Below, piece by piece: positions 12,950-25,947 of a stretch of 64,000 bases of DNA. The notes beneath the pieces are model-generated. The model saw nothing but the letters and a program-made list of their open reading frames with translations, made no database searches and was not told the origin of the DNA. Position 1 is the first letter of the stretch. Every line of letters starts with the position of its first letter. The stretch spans positions 16,182,001 through 16,246,000 of the forward strand of contig OZ024745.1 of NCBI GenBank assembly GCA_964016885.1, in the 5' to 3' direction. The position numbers were made by a program, and so were the translations under genes. The DNA is from Eledone cirrhosa. Its lineage: Eukaryota.

Positions 12950-13040
12950 GCTCTATCTTATGATGAAGGACTAGTGTCGGAAACGCTAAGACTCTTTCAA
13001 GCGTTATACTATTTCAAGCGTTATATTAATATATTTCTTC
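12950..13040 (+). mobile_element. Degenerate hammerhead-like PLE tail (family H3)
   Basis: TCTTA-TGATGA-AGGAC-TAGT-GTCG-GAAA-CGC-TAAGA. The first core C is missing or changed. Homologous to 3640-3720. Confidence 0.5.
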
Positions 13041-13764
13041 AATGTTCTGTCGTTTGCTTTGTTATTTCTGTTTACCTTTTACACACACACAAAATCTGTG
13101 TGCTTTCTTATTTCTCTTTACGCTTTACGCACACACACATACACACACATATGTACATACACATACATATGTGTTTATGTGTATATGTGTGTGTCTGTGT
13201 ATGCACGTCATTTTTTAATAGTTTCAATAAATCTGTCAACAAAAATATATCTATTTAGCTTTACAATGAATTATTCATTATGAACATTTTTTCAATATCA
13301 AAAATATCATTGTACAATTATTTACAGAATAAATAATTGAGAGATAATAATTGAGATCTGGATAAAGACAGTAAGTTTCATATTTAGCATATTTTAAGAA
13401 ATGACTAGATATAATTATGTGTTCAGGAAAACAATAAATATTAGCCAATGATTCTTATTCTCACTTATTGTAAATAGCTGAGACATGCAGGTTTTTGTGA
13501 TTTTTTACTGCTACGTTGGGAAGTAAAAGGAAGTGTGTTTCCCTGATGAAGTCGGAAGAGTAGCATTTGACAAGGATTTTGCAATTCGTCCCCAAGGTGC
13601 AAGCCCAGAAAAGGTTTTTTGTTGAAGATAGGGTGTTTTGATAAGCAGTCACCTGTGCAATCGCATCTCAGCCGATTGACGGGTTGTCTTACATAAACGT
13701 TGGTTCCTGATTACGGTTTGTAGGAGAAAATTACAACTCTAATCTGACACAACCTAAGATAAAT

Positions 13765-13920
13765 AAAAGCCGAAATGCTTTCTAGTTCACGCCACCCTTC
13801 TCCCTAAGTGTCAAATCCAACATCGACAAAACCTTCACAGCTCTATTAGACAACACTTTCTCACTAACCCTATATACTGGAAATAGATAGGCACACTTTT
13901 AAGATCCATTTTAGCTCCAA
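13765..13920 (+). pseudogene. Decayed Penelope-like element ORF fragment (between RT and GIY-YIG)
   Basis: From 13771 it reads RNAF*FTPPFSLSVKSNIDKTFTALLD, then frameshifted (K)HF and DRHTFKIHFS. This resembles the PLE motif RNIIWFNPPFSxNVKTNIGKxFLxLIDKHF…NRNTVKISYS. Confidence 0.75.
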
Positions 13921-14435
13921 GCTAAGTATAGTAACCAACGTATTTAGCCAGGTGCTCTTGTAGCAACAGCGATACATTCCCTCTATATGAAGACTATAAA
14001 ACAGTGTCTATAATCCATCACCTTAATCAACAACACTAAACTACACAACCAGCCTCAGTACCAGAAGTGTACAAGAACCCAGAAGTATAAATATGTTTTC
14101 ATAAAGTCTCAACATTAATAAGGCATATAAGATTAATCTGCTACGATTACTCGGGAATAATCATGAAATTCTGAGTACCAACGTAAGCATGTGTAAGTTG
14201 CCATGTATTTGAAGTCATATAAATGATCTCTATGTTTATATATAGAAGGCCCATCTTTCGTAATTACACCTTTCACGCGTCCACACACGCATATATATTA
14301 CCATATGTAAATATGAAGATCTACTTTTCCAGATATTTGTAAATAGTGTTATGAAATTTGATTGAATTTAAAATTAAACTAAAACGCATTTTTCAAGGCT
14401 TCTAGGTTTCGTTTCACATACGCATACAGGCCCGC

Positions 14436-14562
14436 ATGTATGTATGTATGTATGTATGTATGTATGTATGTATGTATGTATGTATGTATGTACACACACA
14501 CATATATATATGTATATATCTTTATACAGATATAACTTTATATATATATATATATATATATG
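14436..14562. repeat. (ATGT)n/(CA)n/(TA)n compound microsatellite
   Basis: Directly visible. Confidence 0.9.
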
Positions 14563-15104
14563 CATACCACGTTAAAGCATCTGCGTTTGTGTTTTATTGT
14601 GTGTTTGTGTTAGTATATAGACTGTGCCATATCTGTACTTGGTTTAGCTTTAAGCCATGTAAAGCTTTGAAGAACCGGATTAAAATTATTCCCGAAGGTT
14701 TAATAGAAATTGAAAACATATATGCTTTTTGATTATTTGTAGGTTTCTTCGGATTCTGCTGCCCTAAGCTCTAGCTTGCTTGGCTAATGCTTAGATCCAA
14801 CACCGTATATAAATATGCTTCCCCAACGCACAGAAGCACACACACACACACACATTTGTACATTTTGCTCCTTTATTACATATAAAACGAGAAAAGATTT
14901 ATATGTTAAACATAAATGTTACATAATACTGAGTTTTGTATTATAAAAACAATTTTTATGCCTCTATTCCATGAAACTTTACGAATATCGCATTAGAAAC
15001 AGGCCTGGTTGTGTGGTTTTGAAGTTTGCGTTTCAACTGCATGAGTTCGGTTGTTTTTATGTGTCATATTTAGGAAAAAGGAAATCTCGCACCATTTTTT
15101 TTTA

Positions 15105-15195
15105 TGATTCATATTTGAGATGTTGTTGTTCATGAAGTTATTCTGGTTTAAAAGAGAATTGAAAACAAGTGGAAAGGAGCTACGTATCTCGTTCC
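15105..15195 (+). repeat. Diverged dispersed repeat, second copy at ~17615-17718
   Basis: TTCATATTT.AGAT…GGTTTAAAAGAGA.TTGAA…AGTG.AAA.GA.CT.C.TATCTCGTTCC occurs at both sites. Confidence 0.65.
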
Positions 15196-16072
15196 CTGTG
15201 TAATCTCGTTCCCCGGCGTCGGCCGCGATGATGATGATGTTGACGGTAGTCGACCATTTGTACCAGTTTTACTATAATAATGTAAGACATATTTCTAGGG
15301 TATCACCGTAGTTTATATTTAACAAACAAAATACTCTCTCCTGGTGTATTATCTGTTTCATTATGCTGCTTATTCTTAAGTTATTTTTAGTATAGTTTCC
15401 TTCTTTCTCACGTGTTTTTGATTGAAGAAGGAGAAGCAAGATCACTTCAGTTTACAGATCTTTCATTAAAGATCTACGTTTTAAGATCACACTTGCCTGA
15501 GGATATCGAAAGATGTCCAGTGCTGTGCAACGTATATTTGTTAGTTAGATCCTTAGCCTTAGATTTCTCTTCTAGCAATGTAGTTTGAGGTTAATCGAAG
15601 TGGAAAATTATTTTCTTACTTCAATCACCAGAAATAATAACTCTCGTGTTAAGACGAGATCAAACTGGAAAAATGAGGCGTAAATGAATGCGGAACTAAT
15701 GTCAAGGATTTAATTTTATTTAAATACGGTGAAACGAGTGAAACAAGCAAATAAACGGATTGATTGACTTTCGTCAAACCAATATAGATGGAGGATATTA
15801 ATACTTCAAGTTTCCTTTGAAAACAAGTTTTAATTTGGGATTCTCTGCCTAATTCAATTTATTCAGAACTGTTGATATCCTATTTAAAGACTCCATTAGC
15901 TAGCTACACTCCATCGTTTAACCATGCTTAATAAATGCATTAGAGAAAACTAAAATATCTGTTAGAAACTGTTTTACCAGATTTAAGTTGTACAACATAC
16001 AAGCTTGGAAAATTCCGATCAACAGATGTCAAACCCAACATTTTCTTAAGATATATGATATAACAATAACGA

Positions 16073-16190
16073 GAAGCGGCAAATTGGCAGAGTTGTTAGA
16101 AGGTCGGATAAAATACCTTGAGTTCAAAACCCGCCGAGTTCAACTTTGCCTATAATCAATTTGAGTCGATAAAAAAAGTAACAGTTATGT
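16073..16190 (+). mobile_element. SINE family A, internally deleted
   Basis: GCGGCAAATTGGCAGAGTTGTTAG…TGAGTTCAAAACCCGCCGAGTTCAACTTTGCC…GAGTCGATAAAAAAAGTA. Confidence 0.75.
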
Positions 16191-16253
16191 AACATGAACC
16201 AATCTTCTTCCCAATATTTTTCTCACCTCCCCTCTATCACCCTACCTCTCTCT

Positions 16254-16306
<53 letters not shown>

Positions 16307-16309
<3 letters not shown>

Positions 16310-16510
16310 TAGGAAAAGGTTCAGGACCACGACGGCAGAGCTCAAGCAGTTTCGACGGCTATTTCTGAGTCCAGAAATAACCTTCGAAACGGCTTGAGCT
16401 CTGCCGTCGGGGTCCTGAACTTTTTCCTATTACCCACTCTACTACCCAAAGTATCGAGTACTCTGGTGCGTTATGGTCCACCTGGTTCCTTACCACACTT
16501 CCTTCGTTAT
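16307..16510. mobile_element. Second copy of the 6135-6330 fold-back element, inserted in (TA)n
   Basis: Arms at ~16307-16367 and 16372-16432 with a few mismatches. The tail is nearly identical to 6251-6330. Confidence 0.88.
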
Positions 16511-19245
16511 ATATATATATGAAAAATAGACACAGGCATTCTTGTGTAATTAAGAAGTTCGCTTCGCAATTATGTGCTGGATTCTGTAATTGAGTGTCTC
16601 CTACACACACAAACACACAGTCTATTTATACAAAATAAAAGCCTTTATTACAATACTCCGGTAGCCTGGCAGGTCTTGCAAAGACGATGCACACAATGTA
16701 GGTTTTAGCATACAAGTATTTAAAAAAATGTTTTTATAAAGCTGTAAAACTCTTAACGTCTTAACTTAACTCAGAACGATTCTGTGCGAGAATACATCAC
16801 ATAAAGTGAATTAGAACAGTCAAGCATCTTATTTTTTCCTAAGTTTTCTCAATCTCCAAGTAACCTAGCGTTATGCCTTCTCTAAAACATCGTCATAGAT
16901 AGCTACTTTTACATATTCTTAAACATTCGTGTTTTTAATAACTTTCAATAGATGTAAGGAACCAATTAATCGAGTAATGCGTGGGATCACTGTAATTATT
17001 TTTAGACAGGATGTTGAAAAATTGTTTACCAATCAGCTACGACGAGAGTAGAAGAATTCTGTCGTAGTTTTGGATAGGAATGGCATTTGTCTGTTGTCCC
17101 CAAAGTTGCAGGAGCAACATCATTAACTGTCAATGAATACACGGGGTTACTGATAGTTAAGATGAGATGTTGATAATATTAGCCAGATGTTGATAACCTT
17201 AGTTCATATAGGAGGGTTACAACCAGTAATTGTAAATATATACTTCTGCTATGTTTTAGCAAACAATATATTATTTCAGAGTAGATATTTTTATGAAATT
17301 ATTCTAAAACAGAAAATTTCATCACTTTTTGGTTTGTCAGTAAATTGTCACTTTTACATAAATAGAATAACTTTCTAGTTGAGATTGAAAGTTTTTATGG
17401 TGTTCTTTTATAAAAAAAAAAAAATGAATTAAAAGTATTCCATGGGGAAATAGAGAAGTTGTAACATTTTGGTGTGAAGCTGTTGAGTGAATTTGCTTTC
17501 TAAATATAAGATATCAGATGTAGTAAGTTTTCCTCTGGGGTTAGTGAACACATCTTCGCGTTTTGAGTTTATTTCAAGGTAAGTGAAAATAGAGACGGTT
17601 GCTCTCCTTTGCGTTTCATATTTCAGATATTGATGTTGTTTTTGTTGTTGTTAAAAAAATTATATGGGTTTAAAAGAGATTTGAAGGCGAGTGAAAAAGA
17701 TCTGCATATCTCGTTCCTTTCTTATTTAAACTACTAATGTTATCGATTACCAATACTACACTGGTGTCTGATCAACCAATCGTATCTTCATTCTGTGTTT
17801 GAGAAAGAGCTATAAAAATCTAATGGAAGTTATTTTTGTTACTTCCATTATTGTTGCTGCCCATATCGCGGTGGTTGTTGTGATTTAGCTCTATACTTAA
17901 TTAAATATTCATCATTTCTAATATTGTTCATAATTCCACAGTGGGTAAATATGTAGATAGATGGACAAAAAGAGCATATATATATATAAATAGACAGGCA
18001 TGTATTTTTGTGGTATATAATACAGTACAATCTAAGTTGTTAATTATGGAAAAGGAGTTATATATTTTATGATATATTCATCATTTATTTTTGTACGTGT
18101 TGATACGATCTGAGAAAAGTAACTTTACAAATTATTTGTGACCTTAACAATTCTCTTGATCCCAACTAAATTATTTCATATTGGCTCTTTTAATATTTCC
18201 TAACAAACCAAAACGTCTTTATACTTTTCTATCAATACTGCAATAAAAACTAATGATATTTTGTCATAACACCGACATTTCACCTTCTCTGTCATTGAAA
18301 TTCCTTTCCTCGTTGGTTTACTTCCCATCCTTTGTCCTTCCCTACTCTACCTACTCCCCATATCTATCGTCTATTATTCTCAGTTTGTTCTGCTGTTAAC
18401 AACACTTTTGATAACAACTCATACATGTGGCTTGGTTCTTCCTTTTGTTGCTGTGTGCAAACATATACAAGCTAAGTGAACTTTTAATAAGAACCAGTTC
18501 TTTCATTTCATTCATTATAGATATATCATACACTGATTCACATTTCTCAACTTTGTCACAATTGAGAGGATTCTTCTACTTACTTCGCCTTGCCATTCGC
18601 TTCAGAATTTGTCGGTGTACTTCCTTCATTTCCTAATAACGTTACAACATAATTTTTCATTTTTTCTTCATTTTAGATCTTCTTCAGTCGACGCAATAAA
18701 CAACTGTAGACACTAAAAAAACCCCAACAAAAACAAAATTTTAATCTCAATGATTCCATTAATAATACTCAAAGATTTCTCCTCTCCACCTTTGTCTATA
18801 TCATTTTCTTTTAATACATATTTTATAATAATATTTTTGCAAGTAAAAATTCAAGTCAATTTCCGAAATATCGCTGACTATATTAAACAAGTGTTATAGA
18901 TTGTGGTGTTAATATCGTGGAGCTGGTAAAATATGGTCATAACCCCGTAATCACATCCATCAAACATGTCAGCCAACAGACTGACTTTACAAGTTATCTT
19001 CCCACTAAATAACATACCTTACACACCCACGCACACAACACACACATGCATATATATATATATATATGTTATATATATTATATATAAATATATATAACAC
19101 TCACACATATAACATATATTTATAACGCATTCATAGGCATTTATACATATATACGTATACGCAATAATAAATACGTACATACACACATATCTAAATACAT
19201 AAATACATACATTTATAGATTTATTTATTGAAATATTTTCGTACT

Positions 19246-19410
19246 GGACGCAGAATGGTTGAATGAATAAGATGATTGGTTCACAATCACAAGGTCCTAG
19301 GTTCGATCTTACTGCGTGACCTTTAGACAAGTTTCATTTAGTATAACCTCAGGTGAACCCAAATCGTTTCAGAGAAATTGATTAGACGAAAACTGAATGG
19401 AAGCTCGTTG
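19246..19410 (+). mobile_element. tRNA-derived SINE, family B (decayed)
   Basis: GACGCAGAATGGTTG…TAAGA…CACAATCACAAGGTCCTAGGTTCGATC…CTGCGTG…GACAAGT…TATAACCTCAGG…AGACGAAAACTGAA.GGAAGCTCGT. It has a B-box-like GGTTCGATC. Related fragments may lie at ~5350-5410 (-), ~14997-15052 and ~16530-16585. Confidence 0.65.
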
Positions 19411-20587
19411 GATAAAGTGTAACTGTATATCAAACGGATGGAACGTGAGATACTGCTCACTATTAATAAGAGACAACTAATGTTCCTAGAACATGCCACC
19501 AGGAAAGGCATGCTGGAAGACCTTTCCATTAGAGAAGAGCCTGGAACGTCATGGTTAGTCAACCACTGATATAGTGATGGCACAAGAAGAAGTATATCAA
19601 AGGGCCGGTCTTATTTCACACTGTATTTATGCTGAATACCCCCCGAGTATTACGTAATGTTTAGCCACTTTATTTCACAAGTAGGATGATCCATTAATGG
19701 AACAACTGGTACACTCATCGTTGAAACCGATGTAGGTCCGTTCCATTTCAGTTTCATACAACGTACATAGCACACGAAAAAATTGTTTTGGAATATATTA
19801 TAACTGTAACAGTAATGTGGCCTTAGTGTCATTTTATGCTGACTCTAATAACACCTTTTGTCGTCACTATTCCGATTTGCTTCCTCATAAATATTTACTC
19901 ATTTCATGATTGTCTATAGAGTTTTAATGACAATATAGTAATCATATTCATTAATTATTTCATTTGTTACATTCATATTTGTATTTGTTAACTATAATAT
20001 TCCAGAAAATTATTCACGTACCATCTCAGAGAAGACGTGGATGGTTTTTAACACCAATATTTCACACCATGAAGTTTCAATGTTAAATATCATGAAACAT
20101 TTTATTTCACATCTTCGTCTATGTTGATATCATTTCTAATAAATCACTCACACCTGATTTGGCTGGTTTTATTGCTGACATTTCTCTCACTTTCAGAGCT
20201 ACAGCTGGCTGAGTCGAGACTACAATAACACCATTGCCCGACAGAAGGTTGATTAAGTATTTTAGTGGCCGGAAAATATCTCGTATCTCGTCCTCGATTA
20301 TATGAATTGCTGCCAAAAACTCTTACATCTTTAAATTTCTTGTTTCCGTCGTCTTTTAAAACACCATTCTCTGTTACCATCTTGCTTTATTTCAAAATAT
20401 ACTTCTGCTATATACGTCTACAATGCCATGATTTGCTTTGGGTTTCCTTTTCAGAGACCTAGGGAGTGTGGTCGTGAAATATGGCATGTCTTGAAGATTT
20501 TGAAATTTGGTGGAGGCTACTCCTGTTCAGCTGAGATTATAGCCAGTTCCTTCGTTCAAGAGAGAAAGAGAGAGATAGGTGGGGAGG

Positions 20588-20592
<5 letters not shown>

Positions 20593-20647
<55 letters not shown>
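20593..20647. repeat. (GA)n microsatellite
   Basis: Directly visible. Confidence 0.95.
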
Positions 20648-20651
<4 letters not shown>

Positions 20652-20829
20652 TTTGGACAAGTTTCATTTAACATAACCTCAGGTGGTGCCAAATCTTTTT
20701 CGCTGACTTTACTAACTCGCCTTACGTCTGCTATACTTTTACCACAACAGAAGTTTCACGACAGAGCTCGAATGATACAATATATCTCATCCAATGGTGT
20801 TTTAATAGCTATCTATTACCTTTTACTTT

Positions 20830-21080
20830 ACGAATTGGGGGAAATGTCAGAACGTCGGATAGAATGCATTGTGGTATTCGTTCTGGATCTCTGCTCTCTG
20901 AGTTCAAATCCCGCAGAGGTCAACTTTACATTTCATCCTTTCGAGGTCGATAAAAAAGTACCAGTCTAGTATTGAGGTCGAATCTTCATTTATATGTCTT
21001 TCTCACTTACTCTCTGTCTCACCTTTTCTCCTTCTCTGGAAGAAATCTGCTGTAATCAGGCCTTGTGAGGGATGGCTTCC
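20830..21080 (+). mobile_element. SINE family A with the extension shared with 4916-5095
   Basis: CTGAGTTCAAATCCCGCAGAGGTCAACTTTACATTTCATCCTTTCGAGGTCGATAAAAAAGTACCAGTCTAGTA…. Confidence 0.8.
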
Positions 21081-22194
21081 GTCAGGCTTTAAATGCCGAA
21101 GAATGGGCCTTTTTGTATGTCAATACAGCGTCCCCACGACTACATCAGGAGTCACAGGACTATACCATACCATGTTGTTAAATGAAGCAAGGTTTTGATG
21201 ACGAACTTTAACATTTCACTAATTTTCAGGATAACAAAACCGAAACAGAATTTGCATTGCAATTATATGTTTGGTTCCTATCTGTTTTTGACGTTCAAAA
21301 TGGAGTTAAATATTAAAACAACTTGAATTATCCTCTTTTTTCCAGCTGTTTATTCAATTTTATAATGTTAGATATTATCGTCTTTATTTTAAGGATTCTG
21401 TATAGAACATGTGTTTTTATAACTCTGAGTAAGAAATATTTTCAACTTCTCAGTATAGTTCCTGTGGTTTTAGTACCTCAAATTCTTTCATTAACTTTAC
21501 ATCCGAGATATTGCAGTTTATGCTCAACCATACTTTCAAACATCATTTTAGTGTATATAATGACAAGGATTGTAATACATATCATGTATGATCGTTTGGT
21601 AGTATCAATAACTTCCAGTTGTACAAAACAACTGGGTTAACGTATTTCTCGAAGTCCTATATTATACAGTTTCATAATGGATACAGTTATTATAAAGTCT
21701 GTCTGACGTCCTTGTAATACTTTTCATTCAATTCATTAATTGAAAGTAAGTTATGTCATCAATGTCTAATGAATTTGCTATCCATGGACATTTTACATGT
21801 ATATCTAATTTTAAGAATCTATCGTACACGTTCTTATAATAAACCAATTTTCTTACTAAATTGGTTTCTTCCTAAGTAGATATCGATTCGTCCATCCATT
21901 ATGGAAGTCATTATTCACTAGATTACTGTAATGTATAAGATAAACAGGCACATCCACAGATTTGATGTCTCATCCATTTTTATGAGCAGTCCTTTCTGTC
22001 TCTACGTGAATATCTCTTGTGAAATCTAATAATCTACGAATGAATACATGATTGTATAGTATTTAATTTTAGTGAATATATTTCTGGTCCAAATCTCTGA
22101 ATGGTTAATGTAATATAACAGAGATAACAGAGAAGACTTAGTCTTGTTTATTCAGTTAACGTTTAGATTTCATTCATGTTTAGACTGAACATGC

Positions 22195-22750
22195 ATACAT
22201 ACATACATGATGATGGCTGCAACTTGATTTCGAGTAATGACATCGCTTGATACTTAACCATGAGCATCACGGACGTGGCGTTTTAGTCCTGTTAGGGAGT
22301 TGCCAATGGCCAGCCATATCCATACATCGCAAAAAATGTCACATATCAAGCGATACCTGGGCTTGAAGCTGTTTTAAGTGAGGAAAGGCTTTGCACGGGG
22401 CCAATGCCACTCTCTGAACATCGAATGGATTTACCCAAAAAGTAGAACTAGTCTACATCATTCGATGCAAACGAAGTCACAGGTCTTATATTAGAGTGAC
22501 CTTCTAGAAAGATGTTTAATGAAGACTAAGAGTCTCTCGCGCCACAGAAAAAAAATTGTATGACCATTGAATCTCCTGAGTTCCTCCCCCCTTTGACGAA
22601 TCTTGTTTTTTCATATCACAGGGTGTCCAAAATCACCCGCCCTCACAAAGCAAGCTCGGTGGGGTTGTGGGTTTAGTTGCTGACGACCCGACCATGCATA
22701 GGTTGTACTGGATTACATGTTACCAGTAGCGCTGAAGAGCGACCTGACAT
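22195..22750 (-). mobile_element. Non-autonomous retroelement, same family as 10245-10590, bounded by (CATA)n on both sides
   Basis: AAGTGAGGAAAGGCTTTGCACGGGGCCAATGCCACTCTCTGA (~22376-22417) is the diverged reverse complement of 10428-10470. Confidence 0.6.
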
Positions 22751-23526
22751 ACATACACACACACATACATACATACATTCATTCAGTAGGATATATACAT
22801 TCGGAGATTGATTTACTACATAACAAAATTAGTACGAGGTAAATACTTCCCACAGTTCTTTCCTTGATCTCTCTCGCCCCACCCCTTATTTAACCCTACC
22901 TGCATCAGAACACCTTTCTCCCCAACCCCATTATGTATATTGGGGTTTACTATATCTGCCCACTACGTTTTACCTAAACATACTTCCTCTCACTATCACT
23001 GTTTTAAAAAGTCTGTAGTTTCTGCAAAACATCGAAGTAATACAGTCACCATTGATAACAAATATAACACATACACGAATGCACACACGCATTCACACAC
23101 ACGTGCATAGACACACGTATAGACACAGGAATTATTTGCTATTTCTGTTAATACTATTATCGAGATAACTTGTTTTTCCAAGTAGTATTATTTTATCCTG
23201 TTTACCTTCCAGGGACACATTATAGTATTTTTTTCTTTTAAATGCAAGTGAATATATATATGGCTTCCACTATATATAATCCCTTCGATTTTTCTTCAGT
23301 ATTAAACTCAGTATTGAAGTGATAAGAAAAACAATGTTATCGATGACATTATTATTAACATTTTTCAGTTACTTTACATTTATCGTTTTCTTTCTCTGCA
23401 AAATTCAATACAACGCTATATGCTGCTCTGAATATGAGCAGCATGTGGTTTTCGTGTTTTTAAAAACGTATTGAATGTATTCTACATAATACGTGTACAG
23501 TGTTTATTCGTGCTATACACTGCATG

Positions 23527-23582
<56 letters not shown>

Positions 23583-23585
<3 letters not shown>

Positions 23586-23638
23586 TTTATTCTTTTACCT
23601 GTTCCAGCCACCCGGCTGAGGCCATGTTGGGGCACCGC

Positions 23639-23642
<4 letters not shown>
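23583..23642. mobile_element. Short interspersed-repeat end between (TA)n tracts
   Basis: TCTTTTATTCTTTTACCTGTTCCAGCCA…GGCCATGTTGGGGCACCGCCCTT resembles a common octopus SINE terminus, from recollection. Confidence 0.45.
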
Positions 23643-23693
<51 letters not shown>

Positions 23694-23917
23694 TTTTTAT
23701 ACGTGTATTTGGTATATACGTTCGTATGTGTCGCGCGGGTTTACGTACGTGTGCACGTGTTTATGTGTACTTGCATGTATATGCATGTATGGTGTGTGTT
23801 TTCGCGTATGCACGTGTACGTACGTATATAGATGTTTGTATGCATATATTTATTATTACTTTTATGATTTTAATAATTTCTCTCATTTTCGTTCTACTAA
23901 TTTATTTAGATTATTCT

Positions 23918-24012
23918 TAACTTTGCCTTTCATCCTTATGGGATGGATAACATAAAGTACCAGTAATACACTGGGATAATTGCTGGCCTTGTGCCTAAAG
24001 TAGAAACAATTA
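23918..24012 (+). mobile_element. SINE family A, 3' half
   Basis: Near reverse complement of 2371-2467. Confidence 0.8.
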
Positions 24013-24421
24013 TTCTTAACTCCGAAGCCGAGAACCATTCGGTTTCCTAAATAGAATATTAGTCTATGACTCCATTTATACCATAAACGTGGTTTGTCTT
24101 TGCGTCTAACTGTTCTCGTCGCTCCACATGACGTATTAACTCCGCTTTTTTCCGTTCATTGTCAGGGAACGTCTTCACGAACCAAAGTATCGTCTTCCTG
24201 TTTTCCTTCGGTTGCAACGTTTTTCGAAACATTTACTTCTGCGTTCACAGATTGATTTCTTTTAATTTCAGAAGATCGCGTTAAGGGTGAAAGCAGCGAT
24301 TCTTTGCTTAAACTTTAATCTGTTATTTTAATAAACATTTGCTCTAGGGTTCTTATATATTTGATATATATTTATCCTTATCGAGCCCTCTTTGGATTTT
24401 AGTCTTCATATTTATTATTAT

Positions 24422-24457
<36 letters not shown>

Positions 24458-24464
<7 letters not shown>

Positions 24465-24605
24465 TGTATATATAGTATATTTGGCAATATACTGTATGCT
24501 TAATTAAAAACATTTTGAAGATCTTGCGCTATTATTTTATGACTATGTCACTTACTTCTTTTTTCAACAGAGAGATAGAGAGAGAAAGATAAAGAGAGAA
24601 TGAGC

Positions 24606-24639
<34 letters not shown>

Positions 24640-24752
24640 GAAAATAAGTAAGTGACATAGTTACTACTTTAAAATAATAGCGCAAGGTCTTCAAAATGTT
24701 TTTAATTAAGCATACAGTATATTGCCAAATATACTATATATACATTCATGTA
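24458..24752. repeat. ~105-bp inverted repeat flanking a (GA)n spacer
   Basis: ATGAATGTATATATAGTATATTTGGCAATATACTGTATGCTTAATTAAAAACATTTTGAAGA…CTATGTCACTTACTT (~24460-24557) pairs with AAGTAAGTGACATAG…TCTTCAAAATGTTTTTAATTAAGCATACAGTATATTGCCAAATATACTATATATACATTCAT (~24646-24749). Confidence 0.92.
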
Positions 24753-24795
24753 TACATCGCTATTTCAGAGCACCAATTCTATTATACAATCGAGT

Positions 24796-24860
24796 GACAG
24801 GAAGGTATACGGTGCTGATGACAGCTAATAAGCTAGAAACTAGTTCATCGTTCCTTTGTC
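24796..24860 (+). ncRNA. Minimal type I hammerhead ribozyme motif (H1 copy 2)
   Basis: Stem I ACGGTG/CATCGT (one G-U). CTGATGA at 24815-24821. Stem II AGC/GCT. GAAA at 24836-24839, ACTAGT, H = T24845. Confidence 0.75.
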
Positions 24861-25208
24861 AGTGTTGAACAAAAGGGCCACGATGGTTGCCGAACACCGT
24901 ACGGCTAATAATTCGGGCTGTTTGTTTACAAACAAACCGAACATTACAATAAATGTTCGGTAAACCCATACGTGTGTGCATGTATGTATGTATATACATA
25001 CTACTGTACGTCTGTATACATATATGTATGTACGTATACATACTTATATTTAAGTATCAGCCGTACTAAGAGTGAGAAATGAAATTTCATTTTTTCCATT
25101 TATCGTTTTCGGTACCCCCGGCCGACTAACTCACTCGATATGCAAATTAGGCTGCTCAGCCGTTAATATGCATAAGGAAAGTTTATACTTTCAAACGTTC
25201 AATCGACT

Positions 25209-25273
25209 GACAGGAAGGTATACGGTGCTAATGACAGCTAATAAGCTAGAAACTAGTTCATCGTTCCTTTGTC
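25209..25273 (+). ncRNA. Hammerhead motif H1 copy 3 with mutated core, probably inactive
   Basis: Same as copy 2 except the core reads CTAATGA (25228-25234), a G5A change. Confidence 0.6.
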
Positions 25274-25520
25274 AGTGTTGAACAAAAGGGCAACGATCGT
25301 TGCCGAAATCTGTACGGCTTAATTCGGGCTGTTTGTTTACAAACAAACCGAACATTATAATAAATATTCGGTAAACCCATACGTACATATATATATGTGT
25401 GCATGTATGTATGTATATACATACTACTGTACGTCTGTATACATATATGTATGTATACATACTTAAACTTAAGTATCAGCTGTACTAAGAATGAGAAATG
25501 AAATTTCATATTTTCCATTT

Positions 25521-25543
25521 ATATATATATATATATATATATA

Positions 25544-25579
<36 letters not shown>

Positions 25580-25590
25580 TGTGTATGTGT

Positions 25591-25669
<79 letters not shown>
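25521..25669. repeat. (TA)n/(GT)n microsatellite
   Basis: Directly visible. Confidence 0.95.
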
Positions 25670-25670
<1 letters not shown>

Positions 25671-25894
25671 CGAGGACCGACTCTTTTTCGATATCTCGTC
25701 AGATATGCGAGCTTATATGTGCAAAGACACATCTAAATAAAGTGTGTACATATGCTGCAACACTGACTTCGACTGTTTAAGTCTGTTTATGCTCTGCACA
25801 CTACACTGAAATACAACCCAAATGAAACGAACCCCGTAACAACATTGAGTGATTCGAACGGCGCGTCGCGCCTTACTGTTGTTACACACCTATT

Positions 25895-25932
<38 letters not shown>

Positions 25933-25947
25933 GTATATATGTATATA

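Larger units (their letters stand above)
24788..25521 (+). mobile_element. Tandem repeat of hammerhead family H1 (hammerheads 413 bp apart, ~1.75 units); retrozyme-like or Penelope pseudo-LTR tandem
   Basis: 24788-25101 repeats at 25201-25521. The GAAA motifs are at 24836 and 25249. The array ends at TTTTCCATTT followed by (TA)n. Confidence 0.88.

Noticed and set aside
15205-15245. CGTCGGCCGCGATGATGATGATG as a LINE 3' tail
   Set aside because: Too short to assign, and no upstream ORF remnant was recognised.
20144-20380. ATG-initiated 78-aa non-repetitive ORF as a possible exon
   Set aside because: No recognisable domain or clear splice structure. It would need homology or RNA-seq evidence.
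25668-25720. Minus-strand CTGACGA-GATATC-GAAA
   Set aside because: The core words are present but there is no convincing stem I or stem III.
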